This document shows, in pieces, positions 38,004 to 48,413 of a stretch of DNA of 64,000 nt (positions are counted from its first letter, which is position 1; each line of letters opens with the position of its first letter). The position numbers and the translations under genes were made by a program. The notes beneath the pieces were generated by a model. That model did not search any database. It was not told where the DNA came from and was given only the letters and a program-made list of their open reading frames with translations. Location: positions 124,001-188,000 of IMG/VR virus record IMGVR_UViG_3300036770_006893. One strand, 5' to 3'.

Positions 38004-41000
38004 TTAAATATCCCAACCCGCCTGTCTAAGATTAACTAATGCTTGCGCACCAGGAATAGTTCTTGCGATTATCGTACCACGACTACTAGTACGCACTCTA
38101 ATTTTTGTATTAGCAGTATAATTGTACTCGAACGCAGAACTTGCTGGCCTGGGTGTTGTGAAATAAGTAGAGAATAATGATTTATTTTGATCCCATTTGA
38201 TTAACAGATTGTCCAAGTCACTGCCCGGTAAATACAAATCGCTCAGTAAAGCAGGGAGAATCCAATCGTCTGTTCCCAGAATACTAAAGTCTGCCGCATC
38301 CTTAAGACTACTAGCATTCCATCTAGATAATTTTGTTGTGTATCCGGTAAGCCTAAACATATCTCGCATACTTATAACATTAGAAACATTCCAATTATTG
38401 ATATCTGTTGTGAAAGCACCAGCATTATAAAACATGCTATTCATATTTGTAACTTGAGAAGTATCCCAATTGCTTATATTTCCTCTAAAGCTTACAGCCG
38501 ACTCAAACATAGAACTCATGTTTGTAACTTTACCGGTATTCCAAGAATCTAGTGTATCGCCGGTAAATGCCCGAGCGTCTTGAAACATCCTCGACATATT
38601 TGTAACATTGCTGGTATCCCACAGGGATAACGGAATATTAAATCTTACACATCCTCGAAACATGTTATTCATATCATTTATGCTCGATGTGTCCCAGCTC
38701 ATAACATTAGGGTCATTGAAAGTAGTACATAATGGTAGTTGTATGTGTTCGGCCTTTGGAATATAATCTGGAACAGAATTGAGGAGTGGTAAAGAGTCTA
38801 AAGTTATTCTCTTAAGCGAACTTATCCAAGAAGATATTCCCGTAACACCGCCTGCTACACTCGATGTGGGAGTAGAGGTAAAGCTATCAGCAATGACTAC
38901 ATCCGTAGTATTAGTATGATTAATTGGAGTAATTTTAATAGATCCAGTTTTATTCCTTGCAGTAACCACACTAGGTCTTCTGTCGGTAAAGTTAATAACT
39001 AGCCTATGTTTGCCATCAAAGAATACTGTTCCAACTACCCCATCCTGCTGAGTTCCGCCCTCTACTAAGTACCAGCTGGGCTCCGACGCGTCTATAGTAA
39101 TCGTTATAGCCATCGTACTAGAATTAATTAGGGTAGAATAATTATGGCCATAATCTATAATTAAGGGGCTTATTACTGAGTCAGGTGGTATTGGAGAAAC
39201 ACTAACGCTTGGACTAACAGTAGGACTGATGGTTTGTGTTGGTGTTGCTGTTGCGCTAACGCTAACGCTAACGCTTGGAGTGGGCGTCATGCTGTGTGTT
39301 GGCGTTAGTGTTGGAGTCATGGTTTGCGTTGGTGTTGGAGATCTCGATGGCAATGGTGTTGGTGTTACTGTTGCGCTCACGCTATTGGTTGGCGTTACTG
39401 TTCTTGTTACAGTCGGCGATACTGTTATACTTGGACTAACTGTTTGGCTAACCGTAACCGTGGGTGTGGTCGTGGGTGTAGTAGTTGGACTATTAGTTAT
39501 TGTTGGCGTGGGCGTAGGAGTTCTTGTACTAACGGGAGTTGGAGAAGGAGTTGGGGTGCATTGTGCTGCACACTTTAATGCAATGTAGTCTGTGCTTGTG
39601 GCGCCGGTTGATTCTCTAGTTAATCTAATAAAAGCATTAACATTTACATTACCATTCAGGAGGGCTAAAGATGTTAATCTAGCATTATTTGCCACATAAA
39701 CGTGGCCGCCAGCAGGATAAAATGAAACATTGCTAGAATCACTACCAAATCTAAAATAGTACTTTTCTTTAGAAATATTATTAGTACTAGACAAGTCATC
39801 TATATAACTATCTGGTAAATAATTTTTAATATCTACCATAATTGGTATATATTGTTTACATCCATTTCCAGAAACTTCTATTTGACGATTAGAAGGAGCA
39901 ACAAACTCTACATCTGTTACAAATTCCTTGGAATAGCATTTGTTGCATTTTAATAAAGACTCAGACCAAGCAATACCACAATTTGGTTGAGATGCTTTTG
40001 CTATATTGAAACGTAATATATTATAGATTTTACTAAAATCTTTAGTTTTTTCAGAAACTGGTGGTAGATTAAAATTAGTGTTTTTATCATTGACAAATGT
40101 AAAGGTGGATGATATTGTATGAGTATCGCCATTTGCAATGAACACATTATCTTTATCGGATATATGAGCTGGCCAATTACTGTCGGTGGAATCAAAGAAA
40201 TACGAATATGATGTATTTTTAGATAGTCCAGTTACCACAACATCAACCACAGCATGATCACCCTCAAATTGAGACAAATCAATATTATTAGTCATAGATA
40301 ATATTTTAGGGCATTTATTGTACTGTTCTTTAGCGTCATGGCATGAGTCGCACTGTACAGTAAAGATATGATCAACTTTTTCTGGACATAAAGTTTGGAT
40401 ATTTTTAGCATTTCCCGAAGAATCAGATAAAACAGGCTGTGGAGCATCATGGGATTGGGTGGGATATGTCCAATAGGCGGCTAGTTCTGAATCATAAAAT
40501 GCCGCCTTGTACCATTCGTTGTGAGATGGAATAAAATATTTTGCATCAAAATTTCTGTATATTTGGTTATCAAATATTATATTGCGTAAATCATATGCTC
40601 CGACTAGTAGTTTATCATTGATAGTAGCAGGATCGTATACTCTAATATTAACGTCAAAAGACCCGAAGTTATCTTCAGTACATCTGACATCGTTTATGCC
40701 TAGGTATAGTCGTCCAGAAATTTCTGGGTTATACCTACCGCCAGTACCTATTTCAAAAATAGTTCCATTATCTCCTATTTTTCCAACCAAAGCAGCCACT
40801 GGTATACTTACTGCTTGAGGAACATCAAAGCCACAAGTTGCGGAAGCGAGTTCTCCTAAATTAACACCCTCTGGTCCTGTCCATTGGTTTATATCAGTAA
40901 CATCTGTAAACTTAATTGTCCCAGACGCTTGTATCTCAACAATAGAGTCGGGATGTAAGTCTATATTGGAATCAACCCAATCTTGAGCTATAGAATTATT

Positions 41001-43640
41001 TGGTACATTTTCATATATATCCCATCCTTTATTATTGTGTAACCAATTGCAGTATTTTGCGGCTCTAATCCAGGAGATAAAATTAGCAGGTTTATTGCTC
41101 ATTAACGGTTTAATTACATATCTTTCTCCAAAGTTTTTGCATGAATCTAAGGCTATGCCTCCTGTATGATGGTTCGCCATTCTGTAATCATACAAATCAA
41201 GATTATTTTCACCCAGAGGATCAACAGTATTTAAATAGTCGCAGTATTCTTGATTAGTTAATAAATTTTGTTGTATATAATAACTATAGTATACGCTACC
41301 AAGATTACAACTTTCTGGGCTTGGGTCGTTAATATTTCCTTCGTTTTCTATTATAATAAAATTATTATAATTGTCTGGATTTTCATATGAAGCAATTCTT
41401 AGACCAAATCCTCCGTCGTCAAAAACAGAAAAAATATCATGGTTTTTAAATATGTGCTTACTAAGAGCAAGACTATCGCTATCTAGCCAGCTACCACCAC
41501 GTAAAATTTTATGATTAGGTTTATTGTCTGGGCTAGTATCTGTCCATTCGTATAACTGACCGGCCATATCATAGATACCATATTTTGATGGCCTTCCATT
41601 AAGGCCGATTGTTGTTAATCCAGCATTACCACCCCATACGGCCCTTTCTGCGTAATTACATGAATTATTATCTAATTCTTTGTTGCTATTAAGAGACAGC
41701 TTAATAACAGAATAAATATTTTTATCATTACTGATAAGCTTTGATAGATTAGCTTGTTGAATAAACACATCATCAAAACCAAATTCTATAACCCCAGCGA
41801 TTTCTGATGTTTGGTCATGTCTATTTGTGATTATTCCAGATAAGGGATAGATTGAACACGGGGCAGAAGCGTCCACAGATTCAAAAGAGTAAGAATAATT
41901 ATCTAAAAGCCCGGATAGTGATATATTGAACGGGATCATTAATCCTGTAGATATAATTAAATTATCAGAATTAATACCAGAAATATTGATATTTGGACAT
42001 ATGTTGGTTTCACAAAGGATTTTTGGATCTGCCTCTAAGCATCTGGGTATATGTATATCTTTATCTGGGTATTCACGAGTTATAAAATAATAGGATTCGC
42101 CAGGTTCTAGTTCAGATAAGGAGCTGTATGGATTAGGTACAAATGCATTACCAGATGGTAATACCCAAAAAATTGCAGTATTATCATCTATACTTTTTGT
42201 ACTATATATAGTAGAAATATTGTCTATAAAATTGTGCCATAGTTGATATTGTTTTTCTCCAGGCTGAAAAACCTTATCTCCACATTTAGGCTCAAGTAAA
42301 GATAGTTTATCACTACCAAGATATGTTTTAATATTAAACATCGATTCTAGAATCATGTTATTAATATTATCTACTTGTGGCGCCGTAAATATTGATGGGG
42401 TGGGTGTGTTACTTGGGGTTGTGGTTATTGTTGGTGTTACTGTGGGAGTTACTGATCTTGTTGGCGTTGGAGTTTTTGTGGGTGTTTTTGTTGGACTTAT
42501 TGTATTTGTGGGAGTACTTGTTGAGGTTGGGGTTGTAGTAACAGTAGTAGTGACTGTTGGGGTTGGGGTTAGTGTTGGTGTGATGCTGCTAGTTGGGGTG
42601 TGGGTTGGAGTAGTTGTAGGTGTGGTTGTTATGGTCGGAGTTGTTGTTGGAGTAAGACTAACAGACAAAGATTGTGTAGGAGATAAGGTTGGAGTTACTG
42701 TATTTGTTGGAGTAGTAGTTGGAGTTAGGCTTGGTGTCAATGTAGGGGTGGGACTAGGAAAAATATTATTTACTGGTCCATCACCTAATATGTTCGATAT
42801 AACGCATGATGGGTCTGTATCGTATTGCGTAGCATATAACCAATATCCACTATTTAATCCGTCAGCTTTATAGTATGCTGATTTATACCATTCATTTTCT
42901 GAAGATATAGCATATTTAGCATTTGGGTTTCTAGTTATAGACAATATATTAGTGCCATTAGTTAAATCATATGCGCCCGATTCTGTATCTCCGAAATCAT
43001 TATGAAGCCAATTCGCCATCCTTGCGGCACAAAACCAGTCAACATAATTTACTGGCTTATTTGACATATTATTTTTAACTATATATTTTGATCCAACAGG
43101 ATTGCTAGGAACATAAATAATACCTCCTCTAAAATTATTTGTCATATCTATAGAATATGTATTATACAGATTTTGGCCGCTAGGATCTGTGTTGTTCAAA
43201 AATTCGACATATTCTTGATTAGTGACAGGATGTATCATGATGTGATAATCATAAGATACTGATCCTTTTGAGTTTGTGTCGGCTTCATTACCAGAGTCGT
43301 TTATCCCTACAAAAGAACCAAAAATAGAACCAATTGATAAATGTACTAATCTAAAACCTATATTAAATGATTTCGTACTAGCGGAACTATTGATAGAAAA
43401 ATTAGAAGATAAAACCGAAGTGGTTGTTGAGTTCCAGGCTCCTCCTCTAAGAATTTTATTATAATTGCCTTGATTTTCTATGGTATTTTCATTCCATTCC
43501 CAAACATTTCCGGATTGATCTCTTGTCCCGTATGCACTAGTGCCACCATTTGTACCTACTGAGGTAATATTACCGTTTTGTAGATTCCATCTAGCACAAT
43601 TATTAAAATTGGCAGTATTACTACCTTTTGGAAAAGCCAT
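38004..43640 (-). CDS. 1878-aa mosaic adhesin-like protein: two permuted FGE/C-type-lectin domains, lectin-like insert, two Pro/Thr tracts, BspA repeats
   Basis: GTNGGTSAYGTRDQSGNVWEW, RGGAW, GFR, VTNQEYVEFLN, ENEWYKSAYY; ALVGKIG..GRLYLGIND; WDTSNVTNMSRMF. Confidence 0.85.
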   Translation of the reverse strand: MAFPKGSNTANFNNCARWNLQNGNITSVGTNGGTSAYGTRDQSGNVWEWNENTIENQGNYNKILRGGAWNSTTTSVLSSNFSINSSASTKSFNIGFRLVHLSIGSIFGSFVGINDSGNEADTNSKGSVSYDYHIMIHPVTNQEYVEFLNNTDPSGQNLYNTYSIDMTNNFRGGIIYVPSNPVGSKYIVKNNMSNKPVNYVDWFCAARMANWLHNDFGDTESGAYDLTNGTNILSITRNPNAKYAISSENEWYKSAYYKADGLNSGYWLYATQYDTDPSCVISNILGDGPVNNIFPSPTPTLTPSLTPTTTPTNTVTPTLSPTQSLSVSLTPTTTPTITTTPTTTPTHTPTSSITPTLTPTPTVTTTVTTTPTSTSTPTNTISPTKTPTKTPTPTRSVTPTVTPTITTTPSNTPTPSIFTAPQVDNINNMILESMFNIKTYLGSDKLSLLEPKCGDKVFQPGEKQYQLWHNFIDNISTIYSTKSIDDNTAIFWVLPSGNAFVPNPYSSLSELEPGESYYFITREYPDKDIHIPRCLEADPKILCETNICPNINISGINSDNLIISTGLMIPFNISLSGLLDNYSYSFESVDASAPCSIYPLSGIITNRHDQTSEIAGVIEFGFDDVFIQQANLSKLISNDKNIYSVIKLSLNSNKELDNNSCNYAERAVWGGNAGLTTIGLNGRPSKYGIYDMAGQLYEWTDTSPDNKPNHKILRGGSWLDSDSLALSKHIFKNHDIFSVFDDGGFGLRIASYENPDNYNNFIIIENEGNINDPSPESCNLGSVYYSYYIQQNLLTNQEYCDYLNTVDPLGENNLDLYDYRMANHHTGGIALDSCKNFGERYVIKPLMSNKPANFISWIRAAKYCNWLHNNKGWDIYENVPNNSIAQDWVDSNIDLHPDSIVEIQASGTIKFTDVTDINQWTGPEGVNLGELASATCGFDVPQAVSIPVAALVGKIGDNGTIFEIGTGGRYNPEISGRLYLGINDVRCTEDNFGSFDVNIRVYDPATINDKLLVGAYDLRNIIFDNQIYRNFDAKYFIPSHNEWYKAAFYDSELAAYWTYPTQSHDAPQPVLSDSSGNAKNIQTLCPEKVDHIFTVQCDSCHDAKEQYNKCPKILSMTNNIDLSQFEGDHAVVDVVVTGLSKNTSYSYFFDSTDSNWPAHISDKDNVFIANGDTHTISSTFTFVNDKNTNFNLPPVSEKTKDFSKIYNILRFNIAKASQPNCGIAWSESLLKCNKCYSKEFVTDVEFVAPSNRQIEVSGNGCKQYIPIMVDIKNYLPDSYIDDLSSTNNISKEKYYFRFGSDSSNVSFYPAGGHVYVANNARLTSLALLNGNVNVNAFIRLTRESTGATSTDYIALKCAAQCTPTPSPTPVSTRTPTPTPTITNSPTTTPTTTPTVTVSQTVSPSITVSPTVTRTVTPTNSVSATVTPTPLPSRSPTPTQTMTPTLTPTHSMTPTPSVSVSVSATATPTQTISPTVSPSVSVSPIPPDSVISPLIIDYGHNYSTLINSSTMAITITIDASEPSWYLVEGGTQQDGVVGTVFFDGKHRLVINFTDRRPSVVTARNKTGSIKITPINHTNTTDVVIADSFTSTPTSSVAGGVTGISSWISSLKRITLDSLPLLNSVPDYIPKAEHIQLPLCTTFNDPNVMSWDTSSINDMNNMFRGCVRFNIPLSLWDTSNVTNMSRMFQDARAFTGDTLDSWNTGKVTNMSSMFESAVSFRGNISNWDTSQVTNMNSMFYNAGAFTTDINNWNVSNVISMRDMFRLTGYTTKLSRWNASSLKDAADFSILGTDDWILPALLSDLYLPGSDLDNLLIKWDQNKSLFSTYFTTPRPASSAFEYNYTANTKIRVRTSSRGTIIARTIPGAQALVNLRQAGWDI

Positions 43641-43653
43641 ATTTGGTCCTATT

Positions 43654-43665
43654 AAATTTTTATGT
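43654..43665 (-). promoter_or_regulatory. GGTGTA motif (candidate late promoter)
   Basis: TTGGTGTAAATC in gap upstream of the 1878-aa gene. Confidence 0.45.
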
Positions 43666-43707
43666 GATATATTGATTTACACCAATGTTTTAGGTCGTAA
43701 TTAATTT

Positions 43708-44124
43708 TTATGAGCATATTGGTATCAATAAAGCCTTATCATCAGGAGCGCATTGCTCAAAAATAACTTCATCAGTAGAAGGGTCTATAATTTGTATTTT
43801 GGCTATGCCTCTATGTACAGAGCCAGGGCTTGGGATGCCAACGAGTTCTATTTTATATTTAGCATCTTGCGAAGCTGTGCCAGCGGGTAATATTATTCTA
43901 GATTCTCTATATCCACCATCTGATGCATTATTTAAATCAATTTCTCCAACTTCGTTGGAATTAATATAAACATCAAATCTTGCTCTATTGCACCTATGAC
44001 CACCGGAACATACCGATGGATCATAGCTTACTTTTAATACAAAAGAACTGATATCTTCGTATGCAACGCACGGTGGAGGAGGTTCTGGATCTGGGAAGTC
44101 GATACAAGAATAGTCATCGGTCAT
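43708..44124 (-). CDS. Hypothetical Cys-containing beta-rich protein
   Basis: 138 aa; PPPPC, CSGGHRCNRA. Confidence 0.7.
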   Translation of the reverse strand: MTDDYSCIDFPDPEPPPPCVAYEDISSFVLKVSYDPSVCSGGHRCNRARFDVYINSNEVGEIDLNNASDGGYRESRIILPAGTASQDAKYKIELVGIPSPGSVHRGIAKIQIIDPSTDEVIFEQCAPDDKALLIPICS

Positions 44125-44136
44125 AATAGAATTCCT

Positions 44137-45336
44137 TTAAGAACATATAGGCTGCTTATTAAATGTTGATACTATCCATCTTATCCATCTTTCAGAATTG
44201 CACAGTATGCGTCTTGTTGTCAATCCATTATTTTTAGCTATGGTGAAATATTCTGATACTCCATCTTTTACCGAAGACCAGCCGAGAGAAGGGCTATCAT
44301 CGACAAATACATTAACCTGAGAAGAGGGATTGATGTCACCAAAAGCTTCTTTTATTTTTTCGTTTATCCAATTCCCAGTCAATGGCTCATTATTTATTAT
44401 ACAAGCGGGGACATTTCTAGACGATGGTATTATTCTAGAATCTGGTATTGGCATCTGGTATCCGTCTGGCACATTAATATATGGATATAATGGTAAAATA
44501 GTACATTGTTGTTTGATAAAAGATCTTACATGAAATATTAAAATTTTATTTACGTCTATAGCTTTAAGGCTGTCCAATAATTTAAAATCATCCATGTCCT
44601 GATACCAGTATATATTAGGGGTACCATATGGGGATTGATTAACATATCCAAAAATATTTGGTGCTGATGGATATAAAGACTCGTCAGCAAAAATAATACA
44701 ATAATCATCAAAGCCTATGCCTGCTTCTGGAGGCTGTGGGGGAGGGGGCAGAACAGGAGGATCTAATGCCTTACACACAGTATTTGAGTACTGATTTGGC
44801 GATCCAGGACCACAACAATCTGTTCCGCCAACCCTAAAACATATTCTAGAATAATTTTTATCATTAAAGACATTACCCGGAATAATAACTTGTATATATG
44901 TTTTATCGCAAGTTGGTGTTGGTATGGGGGAACATCTCAAAACTAAAACATCATAGGTTATCAAAGCTCCAACTCTTGTTGTTTTACCACAAATATATGC
45001 TGTAGTATCTAAACTAGCACCCTCATACTCAGCAACTATAGATACCTGCTCGCCGATGATCCAGTCGTCTATAGGAGAACCGGGATATAACAAGGAATTC
45101 GCACCGCGTATAACCTGAAATAAACAATCATCACCTATGCATTTTTTATATGGATCATTAAGTTGATCGCTATTATAAGTAACCGCACATGCTACCCAAG
45201 AAGACCCAGAGGACAGACCCTGTATTCTGAAGGCGCTTTCAGTAAAAACACAATTACATTCTATTGGGACAAATTTACTAAAGCATGCATTGTCAGAGTA
45301 ATCACAATATCTCAGCGATTCTTCAGTAGGTATCAT
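44137..45336 (-). CDS. Hypothetical Cys/Pro-rich protein, putative virion component
   Basis: 399 aa, many Cys, PPPPQPP linker. Confidence 0.7.
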   Translation of the reverse strand: MIPTEESLRYCDYSDNACFSKFVPIECNCVFTESAFRIQGLSSGSSWVACAVTYNSDQLNDPYKKCIGDDCLFQVIRGANSLLYPGSPIDDWIIGEQVSIVAEYEGASLDTTAYICGKTTRVGALITYDVLVLRCSPIPTPTCDKTYIQVIIPGNVFNDKNYSRICFRVGGTDCCGPGSPNQYSNTVCKALDPPVLPPPPQPPEAGIGFDDYCIIFADESLYPSAPNIFGYVNQSPYGTPNIYWYQDMDDFKLLDSLKAIDVNKILIFHVRSFIKQQCTILPLYPYINVPDGYQMPIPDSRIIPSSRNVPACIINNEPLTGNWINEKIKEAFGDINPSSQVNVFVDDSPSLGWSSVKDGVSEYFTIAKNNGLTTRRILCNSERWIRWIVSTFNKQPICS

Positions 45337-45354
45337 AATTATTACTCACAAAAT

Positions 45355-48015
45355 TTACGGAATTAAATTAGTACAAATCGATGGTAGAGTTATATACTGA
45401 TATGGGCTGCAATCAACCCAAGAGGCATCTGCACGTTGCCAATCTGCAAAACTTACTTCGTGCTTAATATTAACGTAGTATAGGCCACAATGTAATTCAT
45501 CTATGCAATTAATATGATTAATAGCTAAATATAATCGACCAGATGCTGCTGCTTTAAGAGACAGGTCGGATCCTATAAAGAAAGGCGATCCGTTTTCACC
45601 AATTTTGCCTATTAGTGATAGGGAAGGTAAGTGTTGAGCTTCTTGTAGTTTGCATGAAGTTAAATTGTTTGAGATACCATTAGGACCGGATTGTAGAGGA
45701 ACGGGTGTTGTAACGGTGGATGGGGACAGAACAGACGATGGGTAGTACACGACTCCAGTAGCCCCAAACTCTAATTCTTCTTCATCTACTATGTCTATAA
45801 AAGTATCTTTCCACGAAGGGGTTCTGGCTCCAACATATATATCAATAGATTCTCTTTCTATAAGTCTGTATTCAACGTTGCAACAACAGCTTGGGTTTCT
45901 AAGCATATCTAGTATAAAAATACCTCCGCCATCAGCTAATTTGTCGGTTAGTGTAGCATCACAAATTTCTATACTTGGACATTCACAAATAGCGTCTCTT
46001 GGGAAGGGCCCATTTTTAAGACTATCTATTAATGGACATACGGGTTGTTTGTTTGACTGTGTGGCATATCGATAATATCTCGAATCAATGGGGTTATAGT
46101 ACGCAGCCTTATACCACTCATTGTCTGTTGGTAAGAAATATTTTGCGTCGTTGTTTCGCTTAATTAAATGTATATTCCTTGGCGATACATCAGAAGGTAT
46201 ACTATAGGCGCCATCTTCTGTGTCTCCGAAATTATTGTGTAACCAATTACAGTATCTTATGGCGGTTAGCCAGGTAACAAAATTAACTGGTTTATGGTCC
46301 ATATTTTGTTTTAGATAGTATTCATATCTATCTTTTAACGGATTGAATCTTCTGATAATTCCTCCGTTATTATCATCTTCCATTTCTTGGTGATATAGTC
46401 GTAAGTGATCGGAAGATTGATCGAATGCTACAGAATTTAGAAATGCTATAAACTCATAGTTAGTTACTTCATACTTATGGATTTTGTAGCTATATTTTAC
46501 TCTTCCAAAACCAAGCGAACTAGATAGATTGCAAGGCTCGTTTACATCGGCGAAACACTTGATATCTAATGGGTTATTATACGATGCTATTCTAAAACCA
46601 AATTGTGAAGACACCTGATCAAAATTATTGGAATACCGAGACGATAAGCTAAACGCATCGATTTCCATTAAGCTACTAGCATAGGAACCGCCCCTAAGTA
46701 CTTTATGTAAGGTATTATCTCCTGTTGATTCTGTCCACTCCCAAACATTTCCATTTTGATCAAAAGTACCATACCCACTCTGTCTACCATTAGTACCTAC
46801 TGTTGTAACTATAAAAGCATAGTCTGTGGGGTCGCAGTCTATACATCCGGCAAAATTAATAGAAGATCTAACATCAGGAGATGGACTTGGAGTAGGAGAA
46901 ACTATTGGACAGTCCGCCGTTGCGCAACCGCAGTTATCGTTTTTTACCACTACAATTTTAGAATCTTCTAGATGTGTTTCTAGATCAAGTACTCTAATTG
47001 ATACAGTGGCGCTATCAGATGATTCTAGTCTAGTTAATAAAAGAGTAATGTCTTGATTGCCATCGTATTTGGCAACAAATTCTATTTCACTAGGCACGAT
47101 TTTTGTAATACTATCATAATCATTGGAAAATATGTTGACTTTGTATCTATGAGAAGATATTAATGGTCCTATAGATGCCTGTATAATACAATCATTTAAT
47201 GCTAAATTCGGAGTAATAGAAGGAGTAGGAGATGGGGCAGGGCAAGAGGTTTCGCTAGGGGTCGGTGTTGGCGTGGCTGTTCTAGTGGGTGTTGGTGTGG
47301 GCGTTCTTGTTGGTGTCTTAGTAGGTGTGGCGGTTTGTGTTGGGGTAACGGTCGGAGTACTAGTTGATGTGCGTGTGGGTGTGTTGCTAAGAGTTTGGGT
47401 TGGTGTGATAGTTATGCTAGATGTTGGGGTCAGGCTAGCAGTAAGGCTTACGGTGATAGACGGAGTAGGGGTATGAGTCAAAGAAACCGAAGGGGTCGGA
47501 GTTTGTGTTGGAGTGGTGGAGGGTGTCGGGTTTGGGGTAGGCGTTACAGAAGCTGTTACGCTAGGTGTCGGATTGGGGGTTGGTGTGCATGTTGGGGTTG
47601 GGGTGGCAGATACGCTTATACTTATACTAGGAGTCACCGAGACACTCGGGGTAACAGTAGGGGTGTTAGTTGGCGTTATCGTTGGTGTGGCGGTTGGTGA
47701 GGGTGGTGGAGGAATATCCTCAGAAGTTACTTGACCTATCCAGTTACCTGTGCGGGCACTAACTACTAACCACCTACTACCATTCCATGCCCAATGACCA
47801 TTATCGTTTGGAGAACTATAATTAGTTCTGGAATCATTTATGGGGGACCTAGGATCTATAAAAGTTATTCGACGCCCTCTTTCGTACTCTATACTATGAA
47901 GCTTATTTATTGTAAGCGTATCAAAACGGATAGATCCAGGTGCGTTAGGCTCATAGACTGGCCTATTAAAATATGATGTGACCGACCTAAAGCCTACTCG
48001 TCTATAAATTGCCAT
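45355..48015 (-). CDS. 886-aa adhesin-like protein: Pro/Thr tract, permuted FGE/C-type-lectin domain, lectin-like C-domain
   Basis: About 165-aa (TP)n tract; GTFDQNGNVWEW, RGGSY, GFRIAS, YEVTN, DNEWYKAAYY; SLIGKIGENG..GRLYLAIN. Confidence 0.85.
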   Translation of the reverse strand: MAIYRRVGFRSVTSYFNRPVYEPNAPGSIRFDTLTINKLHSIEYERGRRITFIDPRSPINDSRTNYSSPNDNGHWAWNGSRWLVVSARTGNWIGQVTSEDIPPPPSPTATPTITPTNTPTVTPSVSVTPSISISVSATPTPTCTPTPNPTPSVTASVTPTPNPTPSTTPTQTPTPSVSLTHTPTPSITVSLTASLTPTSSITITPTQTLSNTPTRTSTSTPTVTPTQTATPTKTPTRTPTPTPTRTATPTPTPSETSCPAPSPTPSITPNLALNDCIIQASIGPLISSHRYKVNIFSNDYDSITKIVPSEIEFVAKYDGNQDITLLLTRLESSDSATVSIRVLDLETHLEDSKIVVVKNDNCGCATADCPIVSPTPSPSPDVRSSINFAGCIDCDPTDYAFIVTTVGTNGRQSGYGTFDQNGNVWEWTESTGDNTLHKVLRGGSYASSLMEIDAFSLSSRYSNNFDQVSSQFGFRIASYNNPLDIKCFADVNEPCNLSSSLGFGRVKYSYKIHKYEVTNYEFIAFLNSVAFDQSSDHLRLYHQEMEDDNNGGIIRRFNPLKDRYEYYLKQNMDHKPVNFVTWLTAIRYCNWLHNNFGDTEDGAYSIPSDVSPRNIHLIKRNNDAKYFLPTDNEWYKAAYYNPIDSRYYRYATQSNKQPVCPLIDSLKNGPFPRDAICECPSIEICDATLTDKLADGGGIFILDMLRNPSCCCNVEYRLIERESIDIYVGARTPSWKDTFIDIVDEEELEFGATGVVYYPSSVLSPSTVTTPVPLQSGPNGISNNLTSCKLQEAQHLPSLSLIGKIGENGSPFFIGSDLSLKAAASGRLYLAINHINCIDELHCGLYYVNIKHEVSFADWQRADASWVDCSPYQYITLPSICTNLIP

Positions 48016-48016
48016 T

Positions 48017-48322
48017 TTATCTTTCTATTCTACTTTCTAGTGCCTCTAGCGTATGGCCTAAAGTAGCTATTTGTAATTTAAGCTCATTCATAACTTCTGT
48101 ATTTCTTTGTAGAGCAGCAGCAAATGCTGCTTGGGTTTCTTTATTAACGGCTAGTCTTTCCATTATAAACTGACGATCTTGAACATATGGTGACTTTGTT
48201 TCTATCATATCGCATACTTCGCTTTTAGTAGCCATATTACGACCTATAGTAAACCAAAATCCTAACATAGTTAATATAATACCTATACTTGTTGTTGCAA
48301 CGTATTGCCATACTTCTGTCAT
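48017..48322 (-). CDS. Single-TM + coiled-coil protein
   Basis: SIGIILTMLGFWF then heptad-rich C-terminus; SD GGAGG. Confidence 0.7.
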   Translation of the reverse strand: MTEVWQYVATTSIGIILTMLGFWFTIGRNMATKSEVCDMIETKSPYVQDRQFIMERLAVNKETQAAFAAALQRNTEVMNELKLQIATLGHTLEALESRIER

Positions 48323-48342
48323 TTTATTTAACCTCCATCAAT

Positions 48343-48375
48343 AAAAAAGCCAATGATACGAATAGCATCACTGGC
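48343..48375 (-). terminator. Rho-independent terminator
   Basis: GCCAGTGATGC-TATTC-GTATCATTGGC-TTTTTT on minus strand. Confidence 0.8.
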
Positions 48376-48413
48376 TTAAGGTAATAAGTATTTAACAACC
48401 TATTAAATATATA

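Noticed and set aside
36164-48015. Diversity-generating retroelement (Mtd-N domain and C-type-lectin folds are typical DGR targets)
   Set aside because: No reverse transcriptase or Avd ORF, and no non-coding template repeat differing only at adenines. The three RGG..GFR segments differ at all bases. A remote TR/RT outside the window cannot be excluded.
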